Shown: positions 1-17,683, counted from the first letter of the stretch. The stretch: 64,000 nucleotides of DNA from the human T2T-CHM13v2.0 reference genome, Homo sapiens (GCF_009914755.1 NC_060932.1); one strand, 5' to 3'. Translations and numbers: made by a program. The notes: generated by a model not told the origin, from the sequence alone.

Positions 1-2031
1 TGCTGCAATAAACATAGCTGTGCATGTGTCTTTATAGTAGAATGATTTATAATCCTCTAGGTATATAACCAGTAATGGGATTTCTAGGTCAAATGGTATT
101 TCTAGTTCTAGATCCTTGAGGAATCGCCACATTGTCTTCCACAATGGTTGAACTAATTTGCACTCCTACCAACAGTGTAAAAGTGTTCCTATTTCTCCAC
201 ATTCTCTCCAGCATCTGTTGTTTCCTGACTTTTTAATGATCGCCATTCTAACTGGATTGAGGTGGTTTTGATTTGCATTTCTCTAATGACCAGTGATGGT
301 GAGGTGTTTTTCATAATTGTTGGCCACATAAATGTCTTCTTCTGAGAAGTATCTGTTCATATCCTTCACCCACTTTTTGATGGGGTTGTTTTTTTCTTGT
401 AAATTTAAGTTCTTTGTAGATTCTGGATATTAGCCCTTTGTCAGATAAAGAGATTGCAAAAACTTTCTCCCATTCTGTAGGTTGCCTGTTCACTCTGATG
501 ATAGTTTCTTTTGCTATGCAGAAGCTCTTTAGTTTAATTAGATCCCATTTGTCTATTTTGGCTTTTGTTGCCATTGCTTTTGGTGTTTTAGTCATGAGGT
601 CTTTGCCCACACCTATGTCCTGAGTGGTATTGCCTAGGTTTTCTTCCAGGGTTTTTATGGTTTTAGGTGTTACATTTAGGTCTGTAATCCATCTTGAGTT
701 AATTTTTGTATAAGGTGCTAGGAAAGGGTCCAGTGTCAGTTTTCTGCATATGGCTAGCCAGTTTTCCCAACAGCATTTATTAAATAGGGAATCCTTTTCC
801 AATTGCTTGTTTTTGTCAGATTTGTCAAAGATCAGATGGTTGTGGATGTGTGGTGTTATTTCCGAAGTTTCTGTTCCGTTGCATTGGTCTACGTATCTGT
901 TTTGGCACCAGTACCATGCTGTTTTGATTACTGTAGCCTTGTATTATAGTTTGAAGTCTGGTAGCATGATCCCTCCAGCTTTGTTCTTTTTACTTAGGAT
1001 TGTCTTGGCTACGTGGGCTCTTTTTTGGTTCCATATGAAATTTACAGTTGTTTTTTCTAATTCTGTGAAGAAAGTCATTGGTACCTTGATGGGGATAGCA
1101 TTGAATCTATAAATTACTTTGGGCACTATGGACATTTTTATGATACTGATTCTTCTTATCCATGAGCATGGTATGTTTTTCCATTTGTTTGTGGCCCCTC
1201 TTATTTCCTTGAGCAGTGGTGTGTAATTCTCCTCGAAGAAGTCCTTCACATCCCCTGTAAGTTGTATTCCTAGGTATTTTATTATCTTTATAGCAATTGT
1301 GAATGGGAGTTGACTCATGATTTGGCTCTCTGTTTGTCTATTATTGGTGTTAGGAATGCTTGTGATTTTTGCACATAGATTTTGTATCCTGAGAGTTTCC
1401 TGATTTTGCTTATGAGCTTAAGGAGATTTTGGGCTCAGACAGTGGGGTTTTCTAAATATACAATCATGACATCTGCAAACAGAGACAATTTCACTTTCTT
1501 TCTATTTAAATACACATTCTTTCTTTCTTGTGTTCTGATTATCCTGGCCAGAACTTCCAATACTATGTTGAATAGGAGTGGTGAGAGAGGTTAACTTTGT
1601 CTTATGCCAGTTTTTGAAGGGAATGCTGCTTTCAGCTTTTGGCCATTCAGTATGATATTAGCTGTGGGTTTGTCATAAATAGCTCTTATTATTTTGAGAT
1701 ACATTCCATCAATATCTAGTTTGTTGAGAGTTTTTAGCATGAAGTGGTGTTGAATTTTATCAAAGGCCTTTTCTGAATCTATTTAGATAATCGTGTGGTT
1801 TTTGTGATTGGTTCTGTTTATATGATGGATTACATTTATTGATTTCCGTATGTTGAACCAGCCTTGCATCCCAGGGATGAAGCCCACTTGATTGTGGTGG
1901 ATAAACTTTTTGATGTGCTGCTAGATTCAGTTTGGTAGTATTTTTTTGAGGATTTTTGCATCGATGCTCATCAGGGATACTGGCCTGAAATTTTCTTTTT
2001 CTGTGTGTGTCTCTGCCAGGTTTGGTATCAG
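1..2031 (-). mobile_element. L1PA-type LINE-1, 5'-truncated, ORF2 3' half (continues off left edge)
   Basis: Minus-strand ORFs 311-802 and 944-1318 are L1 ORF2p fragments ([37 protein letters not shown]), broken by stops and frameshifts. Confidence 0.95.
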
Positions 2032-3130
2032 AATTACACAAGAAAGAAAATTTAAAGGCTCACATTTATTCCTAGGGATAGATACCAAATTTCTAAAAAA
2101 GGTATTATCATATGGAAACCAGCAATAAAGAATTATCAGGACCATTCCTTTAACATCTATCACTGGAATATAAGTTTGGTTTAATGGCAGACAATTAATA
2201 AAATTCACCATAGTAATTGACTGATGGAGAACAATATAGAAAGATATTAGAAGATAGAGAAAATTCATTCAAAAAGTTCATCATGATTAACCACAATAAT
2301 TGTCACTGTTTAGGAAATGAGAACAGAAGTAAATTTCTCCACCTGAAGTTGTCAGGTACAACATAACCTCTATCAACATCAAACTTATTGGTGACATGCT
2401 GAAACATTTCATTTAGGAACAGGGATATTTCACTTAAGAACATTACACAAAAGTACAATGTGGTTTTATATTTGGCTAGAATCACCACTTTAATTCAACT
2501 CTATACTATATATAGTTCTTGTCTTACTAAGGAAAAATATAGATCTATAATATGTATATTGTTTTGAGGAAAAAATAAAACTAACATGGTTCACATAAAA
2601 TGTGGTTTTCTATAGAAAAAAAATCCAAAAGAATCTACAGAAAATTAAATACAATTAGAAAACAAATTTGACTTGAGAAAAATGTAATGCATGTTCTGTG
2701 AGACTGCTACTGCTATGGAATGAATTATTAAATTTAATCAAAAGGCATTAAAGAGATGTTAATTATAATGAGAAGTATAACATAACCATATGTAAGATTA
2801 TCCTATCCTAAAGTTAATAATTTTACCAAAAACTTTGAATAAATTTAATGCAATCTTAATCAGATCATCAATGATAGTTTCATGGAACTGGACAAGCTGA
2901 TTCTAAATCTCTATAGAAGAATATCAGGAATAATAAGGCAATCTGAACCTCCTCCACAAAAAATTTAAGTAGGCAGATTTTCCTGTCCAGATAACAAGTA
3001 TTATTATAAAATTCTAATTTTACTAAGTCAATGTGACTGTGAAATAGAGAAATAGCCTAACGGCTAAGAGAGTCCCCAGAAACAGAGCAATAGATATCCT
3101 TCTCACAGAAACTCAACTTAATGGCAAAGT
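2032..3130 (+). mobile_element. Highly diverged ancient L1M ORF2 fragment
   Basis: Degenerate L1 ORF2-like motifs (agaaaatttaaaggc, aaatttaatgcaatc, gacaagctgattctaaa). Confidence 0.6.
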
Positions 3131-3968
3131 CAATGTTGAATATTGAACATAAAATTTAGTATTAACATATATTCAACATTCAATTAAATTACATTAAATA
3201 TATTCAACTATATTATATTCAGTATTGAATATATAATATTAAATATTAGAAAAATCAACATGTCACGCTGTCATAGCTGAGATAAAATGTTATTCACTAC
3301 TATTCTCCACTTTAGGCTCATAGCAAATTGATGCCGTTATAAGGGTGTTTAAAAAGTGACTAATTTTGTGAAACTTATAAAAACAATATTTGCACTGAAA
3401 TAGAAAATAATGCTCTTTTTTAAAGTACCCGTTTAATTAATTGTTTTTAAAAAATATGTGATATCTTACCACACTTCCATGCTTCTTTCAAATTATACAG
3501 GGTTTTTTTGGTATTGCCGTTATTATTGTTGTTAAACTGACTAAAATCATACATGAAATAATAGAAATCAGGCCTAACATCAGATAGACTTTTCCATTCA
3601 GTTAAGTTATTGTGTAGCAAAATTTATTTTGTCAGTTCACTACACAATGTGACAGTATATAGTTTCTCTAATAGAGTAACATTAAAGAGGACATATAATA
3701 TAACCAAAAATTTGAGTTCCAGATAAGTTTGGTGTCTCACTAGCAAGATGACGTTAAATAACTCATTTAATTTTTTTGAAATCTTAATTTTCTGTTCTGT
3801 AAAATAAAAAGCAATCTGTCTCTTGTCCAAAAGACTATGTAGGTTTTTTAAAAATTTTTTATTATGTCATATACATGTGCATACATTGATACATAAATAG
3901 CCCTACAATGTATACCTCACAGTTGCTTAGCATTATGATGTCTGAGGTCAGTTAGAAGACTTTAAGGA

Positions 3969-4283
<315 letters not shown>

Positions 4284-5690
4284 CTATGGTGATTCAGAGA
4301 TAGGAAAATTCTCATTCACTGCCCATGAGAGGGCAAACTAACAAAAACATTCTGGGGTCCTTTCCCTTTGAACAAATAATTCAATTTCAAGGAATTTATC
4401 CCAAAGAGTTCTTTATGTGCACAGAGATGTAGCTACAAGGATGTTAAGAACAGTCCATGTAGGTTCATTGTATTTAATCAAAATGTTCATCAATAGGGAA
4501 TTATCTAATAAACTATTGTGATTCAACAAAATAGAATACTTTTAGCCATTTAAAACTATTAGAACACTAGTGAATTGAGTAACCTAAAAATGAATATTAA
4601 ATATCCATAAGATATGCATAAATGTCTACATTTTTAAAGAGTCATAACATCTTCACTGGCTAATTCCAGTTAGCAGCCATATTTTCAAGTTGTGGTCAAC
4701 TCATTTCTTCTCCCCTTGTTTTTAGGAATTCTTCTTTCTCCCTTATCCCCATTAGAAACTCAAATATACTGTTCAGTATGCAGAGAAATTTGGGAAACAT
4801 TATCACATCTTAAAGGTTTCTATTTTGAGATATTTTCTTTAAAAAGTGAGCCAGCTACCTCAACAAAATGTTTATCATTCTTTTTAAAAGGTAGCAGTAA
4901 CTCAACTGAATGTCATCTTAAATAGAAGTATGTTGTAATCCCTTTTAGAGATAAAGTGAATCTTTTTAGTCAATTTTGACTAAAGATAAATCAGACTGTC
5001 CTGAGAAGTCATGATAGTTCTGTCACCAAGTGTTGAAAAGAAGAACGACCAAATTACAAAGACGTAAGAGAGAAGATTCAAACTTTTTTGGAAGAATGCA
5101 ATAAAACTTAACGTACATTTTAAGCCTGAGATTCCAAGATATTTATTTCATCTGCCAAACAATAAAGGGGTGATGAGTAAACAGACTGATTCTGAAAGTT
5201 TGTTTTGATTCACTTGTCTTAAAGACCGAAAATAACAAAGCAAACAATCAGTAATTGCCAATTAATTATTCATTTGGTTTTACAGTTGTAAACTTAAAAG
5301 AAGCCATGCAATGAAACATAAATTATTTGCCAATTTTGTTGAAATGTGGGAAATGAAGTGATGTTAAACAATTTGTGGGTAAATGGGAAAATGATCCTAT
5401 AAATGATTACTATACTTAATATAGAGAGATTTGAAAATATTATATTGTGATTAAATCATTCTTAAATATCATCCATCCTACTTTTCAAGGCATGTCACAT
5501 GAGATTAATAGTTCACATCCAGAGCCATGACCAAGACCTATATATTCCATCTTCTGAATGAGTTATTTCTCTGTAGCAATGCAAAAACAGACTAACATAG
5601 TAGGAAACTATTGCTTCTATCTTCTAGCAGTTTTCAATTTAATAGTAAAACTATTTTTAAATGAAACAGATCAATTATCAATCAATTAGA

Positions 5691-6178
5691 ATGGTAGACA
5701 TAATCGTGATCTCCCCTGCCCTCAATGGTCTCCATCCTAATCCCTGAAACCTGTGAATATGTCACAGTTAACAGGCAAAGGGTAATTCAGATGACAAATG
5801 ATACTGATTGCTCATTGGATTATCTTAAAAACAGGATTATCCTGCATTATCTAGGAGGAGCCAAAATAATCACCAGGACTATTAAAAATGGAAGAGAGAG
5901 GCACAAGAATAGTCTGAGACAGACAGTTGGCTAATGTTGTTAACTTTGAAGACAGAGGAAGGGCCAAGAGCTAGAGTAATGATGAGGGTCTTTAGGAGCT
6001 GGAAAAGCAAAGGAAACAGATTGACTCAGAAGGGAGCTCAGACCAGGAATCACCTTGATATCATCTTAGTGAAAACAGGTTCAAACTTGTAACCTCTAGA
6101 ACTGGAAATAATAAATTTGTGTTTTGTAAGCTGCTAAATTTTTAGTAATTATAACAGCAGCACCAAGAAATTAATACA
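5691..6178 (+). mobile_element. MLT1 (MaLR) solo LTR, MLT1D/E-like
   Basis: atcctaatccctgaaacctgtgaatatg ... ataataaatttgtgttttgtaagctgctaa ... aaattaataca. Confidence 0.8.
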
Positions 6179-6880
6179 ACCATTTAATAATTTTAAAATG
6201 TAGGCAGTCCATTCGAGCTTGAAATATTTTTTCCTTTGTCCTTCACTCCCTCTTTCTCCTCTCTCTCTCTCCCTTTTTACCTTTACTGTGAAATGACAGA
6301 TTGCCTTGGTTATTATTTACATGAACATGGCAATTTTATCCAACTTATGTGAAACACACCCACACAAGACCCCAAAGATAAAATTAGGAATAAAATTTAT
6401 TTTTATATACTCCAGCAAGTTCCTTTTGAAGACAATGGTCAGCTTGATTAATTAATATACAGTTGACTTAAAACTAAAATAGTGCTTCTCAAATTGCAAT
6501 AGACATTTAAAATTGCAGATGAAGATTATATTACTGTTTTACCAAATTGATTATAACATCAATCATGCATCTTAATCTCTTGCTCTGACATTGTTAGGCA
6601 TATCTTAAGTTTCCAATTTACATAGCTACATCAAGATAAAGAGTTTCTCCAGGAGGAATTGTGATTTAGTTAAGAAAGTTACATATTTAATATTCAAATA
6701 TGCTCATTCTTATTCACTTCTTTTTCCAGCACACTAAATAAATCTGCTTGAAATAACCTAGCTACAAAATAAATTGGATCCTAAAAGCCCATCTTCTTCT
6801 TATAGAAATTTCTATTAAGAACCTAAAGGTATTATATATACATTCATGTGATGACACAAATAAAGTAGAAATGAAGCTGA

Positions 6881-9162
<2,282 letters not shown>

Positions 9163-9194
9163 AAATGAGGCTGAATTATTATTGTCAGTGAGAA

Positions 9195-9370
9195 AGCATA
9201 GGTCTGGTTCCCGTTCTGCCACTGATAGCTGTGTGTATTTTCTATAAATCATTTAACCTGAGACCAGAGGTTACAGAGTAACAATAATAATACACATCCC
9301 CTAAATACCGAGGAGCAAATGAATTACTATAAATGACTGTGTTTTGTCAGTGGCAAAGCATATGCCAATA
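9195..9370 (+). mobile_element. MIR fragment
   Basis: tctgccactgatagctgtgtg...aaatcatttaacct resembles the MIR core. Confidence 0.55.
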
Positions 9371-9411
9371 TGTTACCAATCTCATCACTTTGATTAATTT
9401 TAATATTGTGA

Positions 9412-9732
9412 TTTATTTATTCATTTTTATTTCTATTTATTTATTTTTTTGATACTGAGTCTCACTGTGTCACCCAGGCTGGAATGCAGTGGCACAATCT
9501 CGGCTCACTGCATCCTCCGCCTCCCGGGTTCATGCCATTAGCCTGCCTCAGCCTCCCGAGTAGCTGGGACTACAGGCACCCTCTACCACACCAGGCTAAT
9601 TTTTTGTATTTTTTAGTAGAGACATGGTTTCACCGTGTTAGCCAGGATGGACTTGATCTCCTGATCTTGTGCTCCACACGCCTCAGCCTCCCAAAGTGCT
9701 GGGATTACATGCATGAGCCACCGCGCCTGGCC
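9412..9732 (-). mobile_element. Alu (AluY/Sc-like)
   Basis: T-rich tail, then gagtctcactgtgtcacccaggctgg ... gagccaccgcgcctggcc. Confidence 0.93.
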
Positions 9733-9743
9733 TGTTTTAGAAT

Positions 9744-10150
9744 TTTTTAACTTTTATTTTATAATTGGAGATACATGTGAAGGGTTATTACATAGGTAAA
9801 CTCATGTCACAGGGGATTTTTGTACAAATTCTTTCATCACCCAGGTATTAAGCCCAGTACCCGATAATTATCTTTTCTGCTCTGCTCCCTCCTCCCAACC
9901 TCCCCCCGCATCAAGTAGACCAAAGTGTCTGTTGTTTCCTTCTTTGTATACATAAGTTCTTATCATTTAGCTCCCACTTATAAGTGAGAATATACGGTAT
10001 TTGGTTTTCTGTTCCTGTGTTAGTTTGCTAAGGATAATAGCTATCATTAAACAGTCAAAAATAACAGATTCTGGCGAGGTTGTGGAGAAAAAAATGCTTA
10101 TACACTGCTGGTGGGAGTGTAAACTATTTCAACCATTGTGGAAGACAGTG
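9744..10150 (-). mobile_element. Short older L1PA (L1PA13-16-like) 3' end with 5' inversion
   Basis: Minus-strand L1 3'UTR to ~10041, then plus-strand ORF2-end sequence 10036-10150. Confidence 0.8.
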
Positions 10151-10164
10151 CTTCGATTCTACCA

Positions 10165-11390
<1,226 letters not shown>

Positions 11391-11394
11391 AAAA

Positions 11395-12190
11395 ATAAGG
11401 AAGACTGAAAAATCCATAAACATGTAGAAATTAAACAATAGCCTCTTAACCAATGGGTAATGAAAGAAACCATAACACATTTAAAAAGAGACAAATGAAA
11501 ACAAAAACACAACCTACCCAAAATTTTGCAACAAAGGCAGGGCTCAGAAGGAAATTTAAAAAGATAAGAACATCCATTATAAAAGAAGAAAGACTTCAAC
11601 AATCTAACTTTATACCTTGAAGAAGAGAAGAGAAAACTAAACACAAATCAGTGTTTCTATACGTCATTAAAAAAAATCAAACAAGACATTAAGAAAGTAA
11701 TTCCATTGACAATAACATATAAAATAATATAATAATAGTTAGGAATAAATTTGACAAAAAAGGTTAACAGCCAAACCACTGAAAATGACAAAACATTGCC
11801 CAGAGAAATGAATAAAGACAGAAGTAACTGGAAACACATAACATGTCCATAGGTAAGAAGATTTAATATGGTTAAGCTGTCAGTGTTATCGCAAGTATTC
11901 TTCAGATTCAATGCAATCCTTATCAAAATCACAACAGCCATTTTGTGCAGATATGGAAAACGTGATCCCAAGTTCATATGAAATGATTATCAGTCAAAAT
12001 AATCTTGAAAAAGGAAAACGAAGTCAAATAACTCACAGTTTCTGATTATAAAACTTAACACAAAACTACAGCAATCAAATCAGTGTGGAACTAGTATAAG
12101 GACAGACATGTAGGCCAATAGAATAAAATTGAAATTAAAAAGAAACTCACAAATATATGGCCAACTGATTTTTAAGAGTGCTAAGTCTAT
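11395..12190 (+). mobile_element. Ancient L1M ORF2 fragments
   Basis: cttaaccaatgggt, agattcaatgcaatccttatcaaaatc, tatggccaactgatttt. Confidence 0.7.
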
Positions 12191-12552
12191 TCATGTATAT
12201 AAACACACACACGCAATTTAATTACGGTGCAAAATAAGAATCTTGGTAGAAGCTAAACCTCTAAAATGAAAAAAAAAACAAATGATTCAAAATGTCAGAA
12301 CTTTTCTCTTTTATCACTATATAATCAAAATATATTATTGTCAAAAATATGGAGATAAGAAAAAGAATCATAGCTGTTAAGAAAATATAGATAACAGTCC
12401 TTCCTTCCACGATGTGAGCAAGATAGCTGACTAGGGGTTCCTGCCATGTTTATTCCCACACACACAAAAAATGAATAAAACAACAAATAAATAAGCAGTT
12501 TTTGACTAGACTGCCTGAAGAAGAAGGCTAAAGTACAGCAAGTGAGTGGAGG

Positions 12553-13184
12553 TAACACAGGGGCTAAAAAGAAATTATTTAGGCAGATAGTGAGGGTAAG
12601 AGAGTCCTTGGTGGGATTTCCTTTTAATAAAAAGCAGCCACTAAATCATTTATTTTCTAACGAAAAACAGCTTGAAAAATCAAGCTGCAGACATAGGTAT
12701 GCAAGCTGGATGCTTGCATAGGTAAATGCCAGCAGCTGTGCCAATAGAAAAAGGGACCGTACCTGGAAGGCAGGTATGTTTTTTCATAGAGGCTCTAGCT
12801 TCCCTTTTCTTTGTTGCCGTGTGTGCAGTAAGCAAGCAAGCAACATGGTGCCAGCCAGGTAGAGAATCCAGTTGCATAAAAAATATTAGGGTGGAGTAGC
12901 CAACTTCTTCAAATGCTATGTAAATGGCACAGCTAGTCCAGCCAATCCTTTGTGCCCTGTGTAAATCAGATACCACCTCCTCAAACTCATCTATAAAACC
13001 AGCTGCACCTAACCACGAATAGGGAGATCTGTTTGGAACGCTGTCCCTCTGCAGGAGGGATCTTTGATCTTTTGCCTATCAAACTTCTGCTCTTAAACTC
13101 ACTCCTTGTGTGTCCACATCCTTGATTTCCTTGGAATGAAGCAACGAATCTCTAGTATTAACCCAGACAAAAGATGCCGCTTCA
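12553..13184 (+). mobile_element. ERV1 solo LTR (MER4 group, MER50-like)
   Basis: Starts taacacaggggctaaaaagaaattatttaggcagatagtgaggg, TATA-like ctataaaa near 12992, ends gccgcttCA; 4-bp TSD GAGG at 12549-12552 and 13185-13188. Confidence 0.85.
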
Positions 13185-13399
13185 GAGGTATCTTGATGGA
13201 GTACAGAAATCCAGGGTGGCACCATAAAGGGAGGAGCAAAGAACGCAGCCTTTGCCACATCATTTCCCTGTCAGGATCAGCTTGGAACCAAAAGGGACTT
13301 CTTGTAGACAGGTAAGCAGTAGGCCCCCAGAAATGCAGTTTGTTATTACCACTGCAAACACCTACAGTTCTTGGTTGACAAGTTGTTGTTGTTTTTGTT

Positions 13400-15790
13400 C
13401 TCCATAGAACTTTTAGCAATTTCCGTATGTTATTCCAATTGTATTCTGGCCTCTATGGTTCCTGATGACAAATTATTGATCTTATTGAGAATCTTTTATC
13501 TATGACAAGTTCCTTCTCTCTTGCTGCTTTATACATTCCCTTTTTGTCTTTGTTTTTGCCAGCTTGATTAAAAAGTGTCTTGTCTGACTATCTTTCAGTT
13601 TATCCTACATCATGTTTGTTAAGCTTCTTGGACAGGCATATGCACGTGTTTCATCAAATTTGTAATGTTTTAGGCCATTATTTCTTCAAATAAGCCATGA
13701 AACAGATAACATTTTAGTCAGCAACAGATAACATATATGACAGCGATCCCTTAATATTGTATTTTTATAGTACATTTTCTATGTTTACATACACAAATAT
13801 TTACTACTGTGTGCAACTGCCTACAGTATTCAATACAGTGACATGCTGTACAGCTTTGTAACCTAGGAGCAGTAGGTTATTTTATATAGTCTAGGTGGAT
13901 AGTAGGCTGTCCCATCTAGGGCTGTGTAAATACACTCTATGATGTTCACATAATGATGAAAACACTTGAGATGCATTTCTCAGGATGCATGCCTGTTGAT
14001 AAGTAATGCATGATTGTATTTTGCCCCTTTCTTCTTATTTGACCTCCATGATACATATATTGGTCCATGTGATGGTGTCCCAGAGGTCCCTTAGCCTGTC
14101 TTCAACTTTCCTTATTCCTTTTTTTCATTTCTGCTCCTCAGACTCAGTAATTTTGCTTGGCCTGTCTTAAAGTTTGCTATTTTTTTCTTCTACCTGCTTA
14201 AATCTGCTACTGAGCTTGGCTAGTATATGTTCTATTTCAATTATTATAATGTTAAATACCAGCATTTCAGTTTTATTTTTGAATAAGTTTATTCCTCTTA
14301 AATAGGTAATATGTGTACACAACACATGATTGCAACAAAATACAAATTTCAAAGGCACAGAAGCATTTACAGTGACAACTACTTCTCTTTCCCATCCTTG
14401 TCTTCCAGCTATCCAAAGTCCTTTGTACCTAAGACAACCACCATTACTAATTTCTTGTATATCGTTACAGAAATCTTCTAAACAATACGTTCTGTTTGTT
14501 TTATACTTTCTATTTAACAATATTCTTATTTTGTTTATACATTATTTACTTCATGTTCCTTAGTTTTTGTCCATGTTTTTCTTTAGCTACTTGAACATAT
14601 TTTAAATCGCTATTTTAAACTCTATTTATTAAATCCAGTGTCTGAATTTCTTCAGGGTTGGTTTCTGTCCATTTATCTTGTTCCTTTTAGTAGCCTTTTT
14701 ATTTCTGTTTCTTTGTATGAATTGTGACTTTCTGTTGCAAACTGGGCATTTGAGTATTATAAAGTGGCAACTCTAAAATCAGATTCTGCCACCTTTTGCG
14801 AATTGTGCTGGTTTTTGTTGTTGTTGACACTTTTTTAAAATTGTAGGAATTTATTTGCTTAGTGACTTTTGTTAACTTTTTTCTAAAGACTGAAATTCGC
14901 TTTGTGTGCAGTCTCTGAACCTCTTTTCCTTGTGCTCAGCTAGTGTTTTGAGAAGATTTCCTTGAATGCTAGGAGCTGTAACAATAAAAAAAACAAGCAC
15001 ACAAACAAAACCAAAATGAATAAAAAAACCACGTTTCTCAGTTATTGCAGATTGGCTCTGTATTGGGGCACTCTTTCAACACTTAGCCAGGGGACTGAGC
15101 CTGGGGATCAGCCCAAGGTGAAAACTTAAAGTGACTTCAGTTCTTTTGTGAACATGTATCTTGCCCTAAGCATATGTGCAGCTTTCTCAATCGCCCACCC
15201 CGTACACATGTGATTCTGAACGTCCCAATTTCCCAGAGAAATTCTCCACAATGTTTGCTCCTGATCCATTAATGCATCTATTTTATATTTTCCATTTAAT
15301 CTTTTAACCTAACATCTGTCTGTCATTAATTCAGCTTGCATTGTTTTTTGAGCAATTCCATTCCATTTTCCAGGAAGATTTTATGGCTAGAGTTCTGAGA
15401 CAGATGAAACAGAGAAGAGCATCTTTTCTTTCACGTAGTCTCCAGACAGGTTACAAGAGACACATACAATAATTTGTGCATAAGGTCTTCTCTGCTTCCT
15501 CTGGAACCAGGGGCCAGGACTCTGTTCTAAGAACACTAATTGTTGGTGTCTGAAGACTGCCATAGAGCCAGGAACAGGATTGGGTAGGACAAGTAAAAAA
15601 CTCCTCAAAGATTTTTACCATTTTGAAGTCACTTTTTTACTATTTTTTTTAATCAGTGTTTACTTGGTTGCTGTAAACCTTTGACTCTTTTTCTGAGTTT
15701 TGACAAAATTACTTTTGACAGTTTCTGCTTTTTTTTTAATGCTTCTTTAGGAGGATGAAAGCTTGGAGCTGCTGCTCCATCATTTCGCTC
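13400..15790 (-). mobile_element. Ancient L1M 5'/ORF1 region, fragmented
   Basis: ttctggcctctatggttcctgatga, ttcatcaaatttg...ggccattatttcttcaaata are typical antisense L1M ORF1 sequence. Confidence 0.65.
13690..14018 (-). mobile_element. Tigger3/MER7A-like DNA transposon (TcMar-Tigger)
   Basis: ctgcctacagtattcaatacagtgacatgctgtacag ... gatgcatttctcagg ... gcatgattgTA. Confidence 0.8.
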
Positions 15791-16752
15791 ATATTAACCT
15801 CAACATGTATTTTAAAATTACCACTACATTATACTGCACTCCAGTTTTGTGTAACTTATTTCCCTTTTCCAACATTGACTACTTAATAAATATATTTAGG
15901 TACTATGCCACCAGAACATTTATTTCCTCAGGCTGTGTGTATTGCAATTTTACTTCCTATTTCAAATTGATCCACCAGAATTCAGTACATGAATATGCAT
16001 CAGAATATGATAGAATCCAATACATTATGATGTATAAAAATGTTATTTCACATGTGTGAGGTACAGCTACAGGTTATGTTATACGAGCATAACAATTGAC
16101 AAATATCTATTTTACATTTACATTTGTATACACTGCATTTTCAAACATATTCTTGACAGGAGAAAACTTCCATTTTCACTAGGCACAATTAGATATTAGA
16201 TAATAGATATGTGAAATTTTACAAATTCAATAATTAGAATATTTTCCATAAACTAGTACCTCATCAAATAATTTTTGTCCTCCAGAACATACACACTTTC
16301 AGAGCCAGTACATGTATCATGATGCAGGGAAAGGCAGCCTAATGGCCTGTAGAAGTATTCAAGCAAGTAATTCTATACTATGAAGGCTAAAGATGACAGG
16401 TATGAATGAAAGTGAACATATGAATATATTTGACTATATCTCAATATATGTGTCATTCAAATTAACTGTGCCTGTAATTTCCTGTGTCTGAGGAAATTGG
16501 CATAGAAAGTAATAGAATTCTTAAATATTTGAGTTACTGTATGTTATTTTGCACCACTTAAAAAATATATCAGAGCCACAACAAATTGTCAGGGCTCTCA
16601 AATTTAAGCACTGTTCGCTTCTTGGTAAATCCTCTTTACCTATGTGGGAAAAAATACCATGAGCAGGTGTTAGCTCTCAGCCTATCTGTATAGGCTGCCG
16701 CAAAGACTTCGTTTTCTCTGTGTCCTGATTTCACATTTCTGTTTTTTTAAAT

Positions 16753-17082
16753 CAGGGTTTGGCAAATTGGCCCATGATCCATACCAAGTTCTCCACCTGT
16801 TGTTGCCTGGCTTGTGAGCTCAGAATGGTTTTTACTGTTTGTTTGATATGTTTTTTAAAAACATGACAGATATAATAGTTCATGATGAGAATGTTAAATT
16901 AAAACTTTAACATAAATTATTATGTTATTATTGAAACACACAGTAGCGTATCCACTTACATACTGTCTATAGATACCTTCACACTATCATGGCAGAATGG
17001 AGTAGTTAAAACAGAGTGTATGGTCAAAATTGCTTAAAATATTTATTGTCTAACCTTTTAAAGAAAAAGCAACCACCACCCA
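16753..17082. mobile_element. MER58-like hAT-Charlie element
   Basis: cagggtttggcaaa terminus, gagctcagaatggttttta, aaaatatttattgtctaacctttt. Confidence 0.7.
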
Positions 17083-17109
17083 GATCATAAATTCTACATT
17101 AACAGGATA

Positions 17110-17200
17110 AATTCCATTACGCTTTCTACTGTGTTTCCTAGAATATAATAGAGTACTAGGCATATAGTGGGTATTCAGTAATTTTGTTTAAATGAATAAA
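17110..17200 (+). mobile_element. L2 3' end
   Basis: ggcatatagtgggtattcagtaattttgtttaaatgaataaat. Confidence 0.6.
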
Positions 17201-17683
17201 TAATAAAATAAATTCAAAGCTTTTTCACCTGTGTAACAAAATAATATTTTGAATTATTTCACTTTTTCTCCTTCACTATCTCTTCCTTTCTTCTTGTTTA
17301 TAATTATCTTCTTTCTTTAAAGGGGCTGATGTGATAGGAAGAAAGCAGAAATATCATAGGCATGCCTAACTTGTTTCTAAGGTGGGGGAAAATACTGGAG
17401 AGTTATGTGGCTTTGAAGAATACAAAAGAAGTAAGAGGATAACAGGGCTTTCTCCCAGATGAGTGAATGACTATCTTGAGTAGTCATGGGCATAGATGGG
17501 TATAGTAATCTGAAGAAAGACTGAAGAAAATGTAGAAAAAAATGAAAAAAATCTCACAAAATGCAAACTATTAAAACTCAATCGACATGAAATAAACAAT
17601 CTGAATAGTCCTGTAACTGTTAAAGAACTTGAATTTGTAACTGAATTGCTTCCAAAAAAAGTCTTCAAACACAGATAGTTTTA

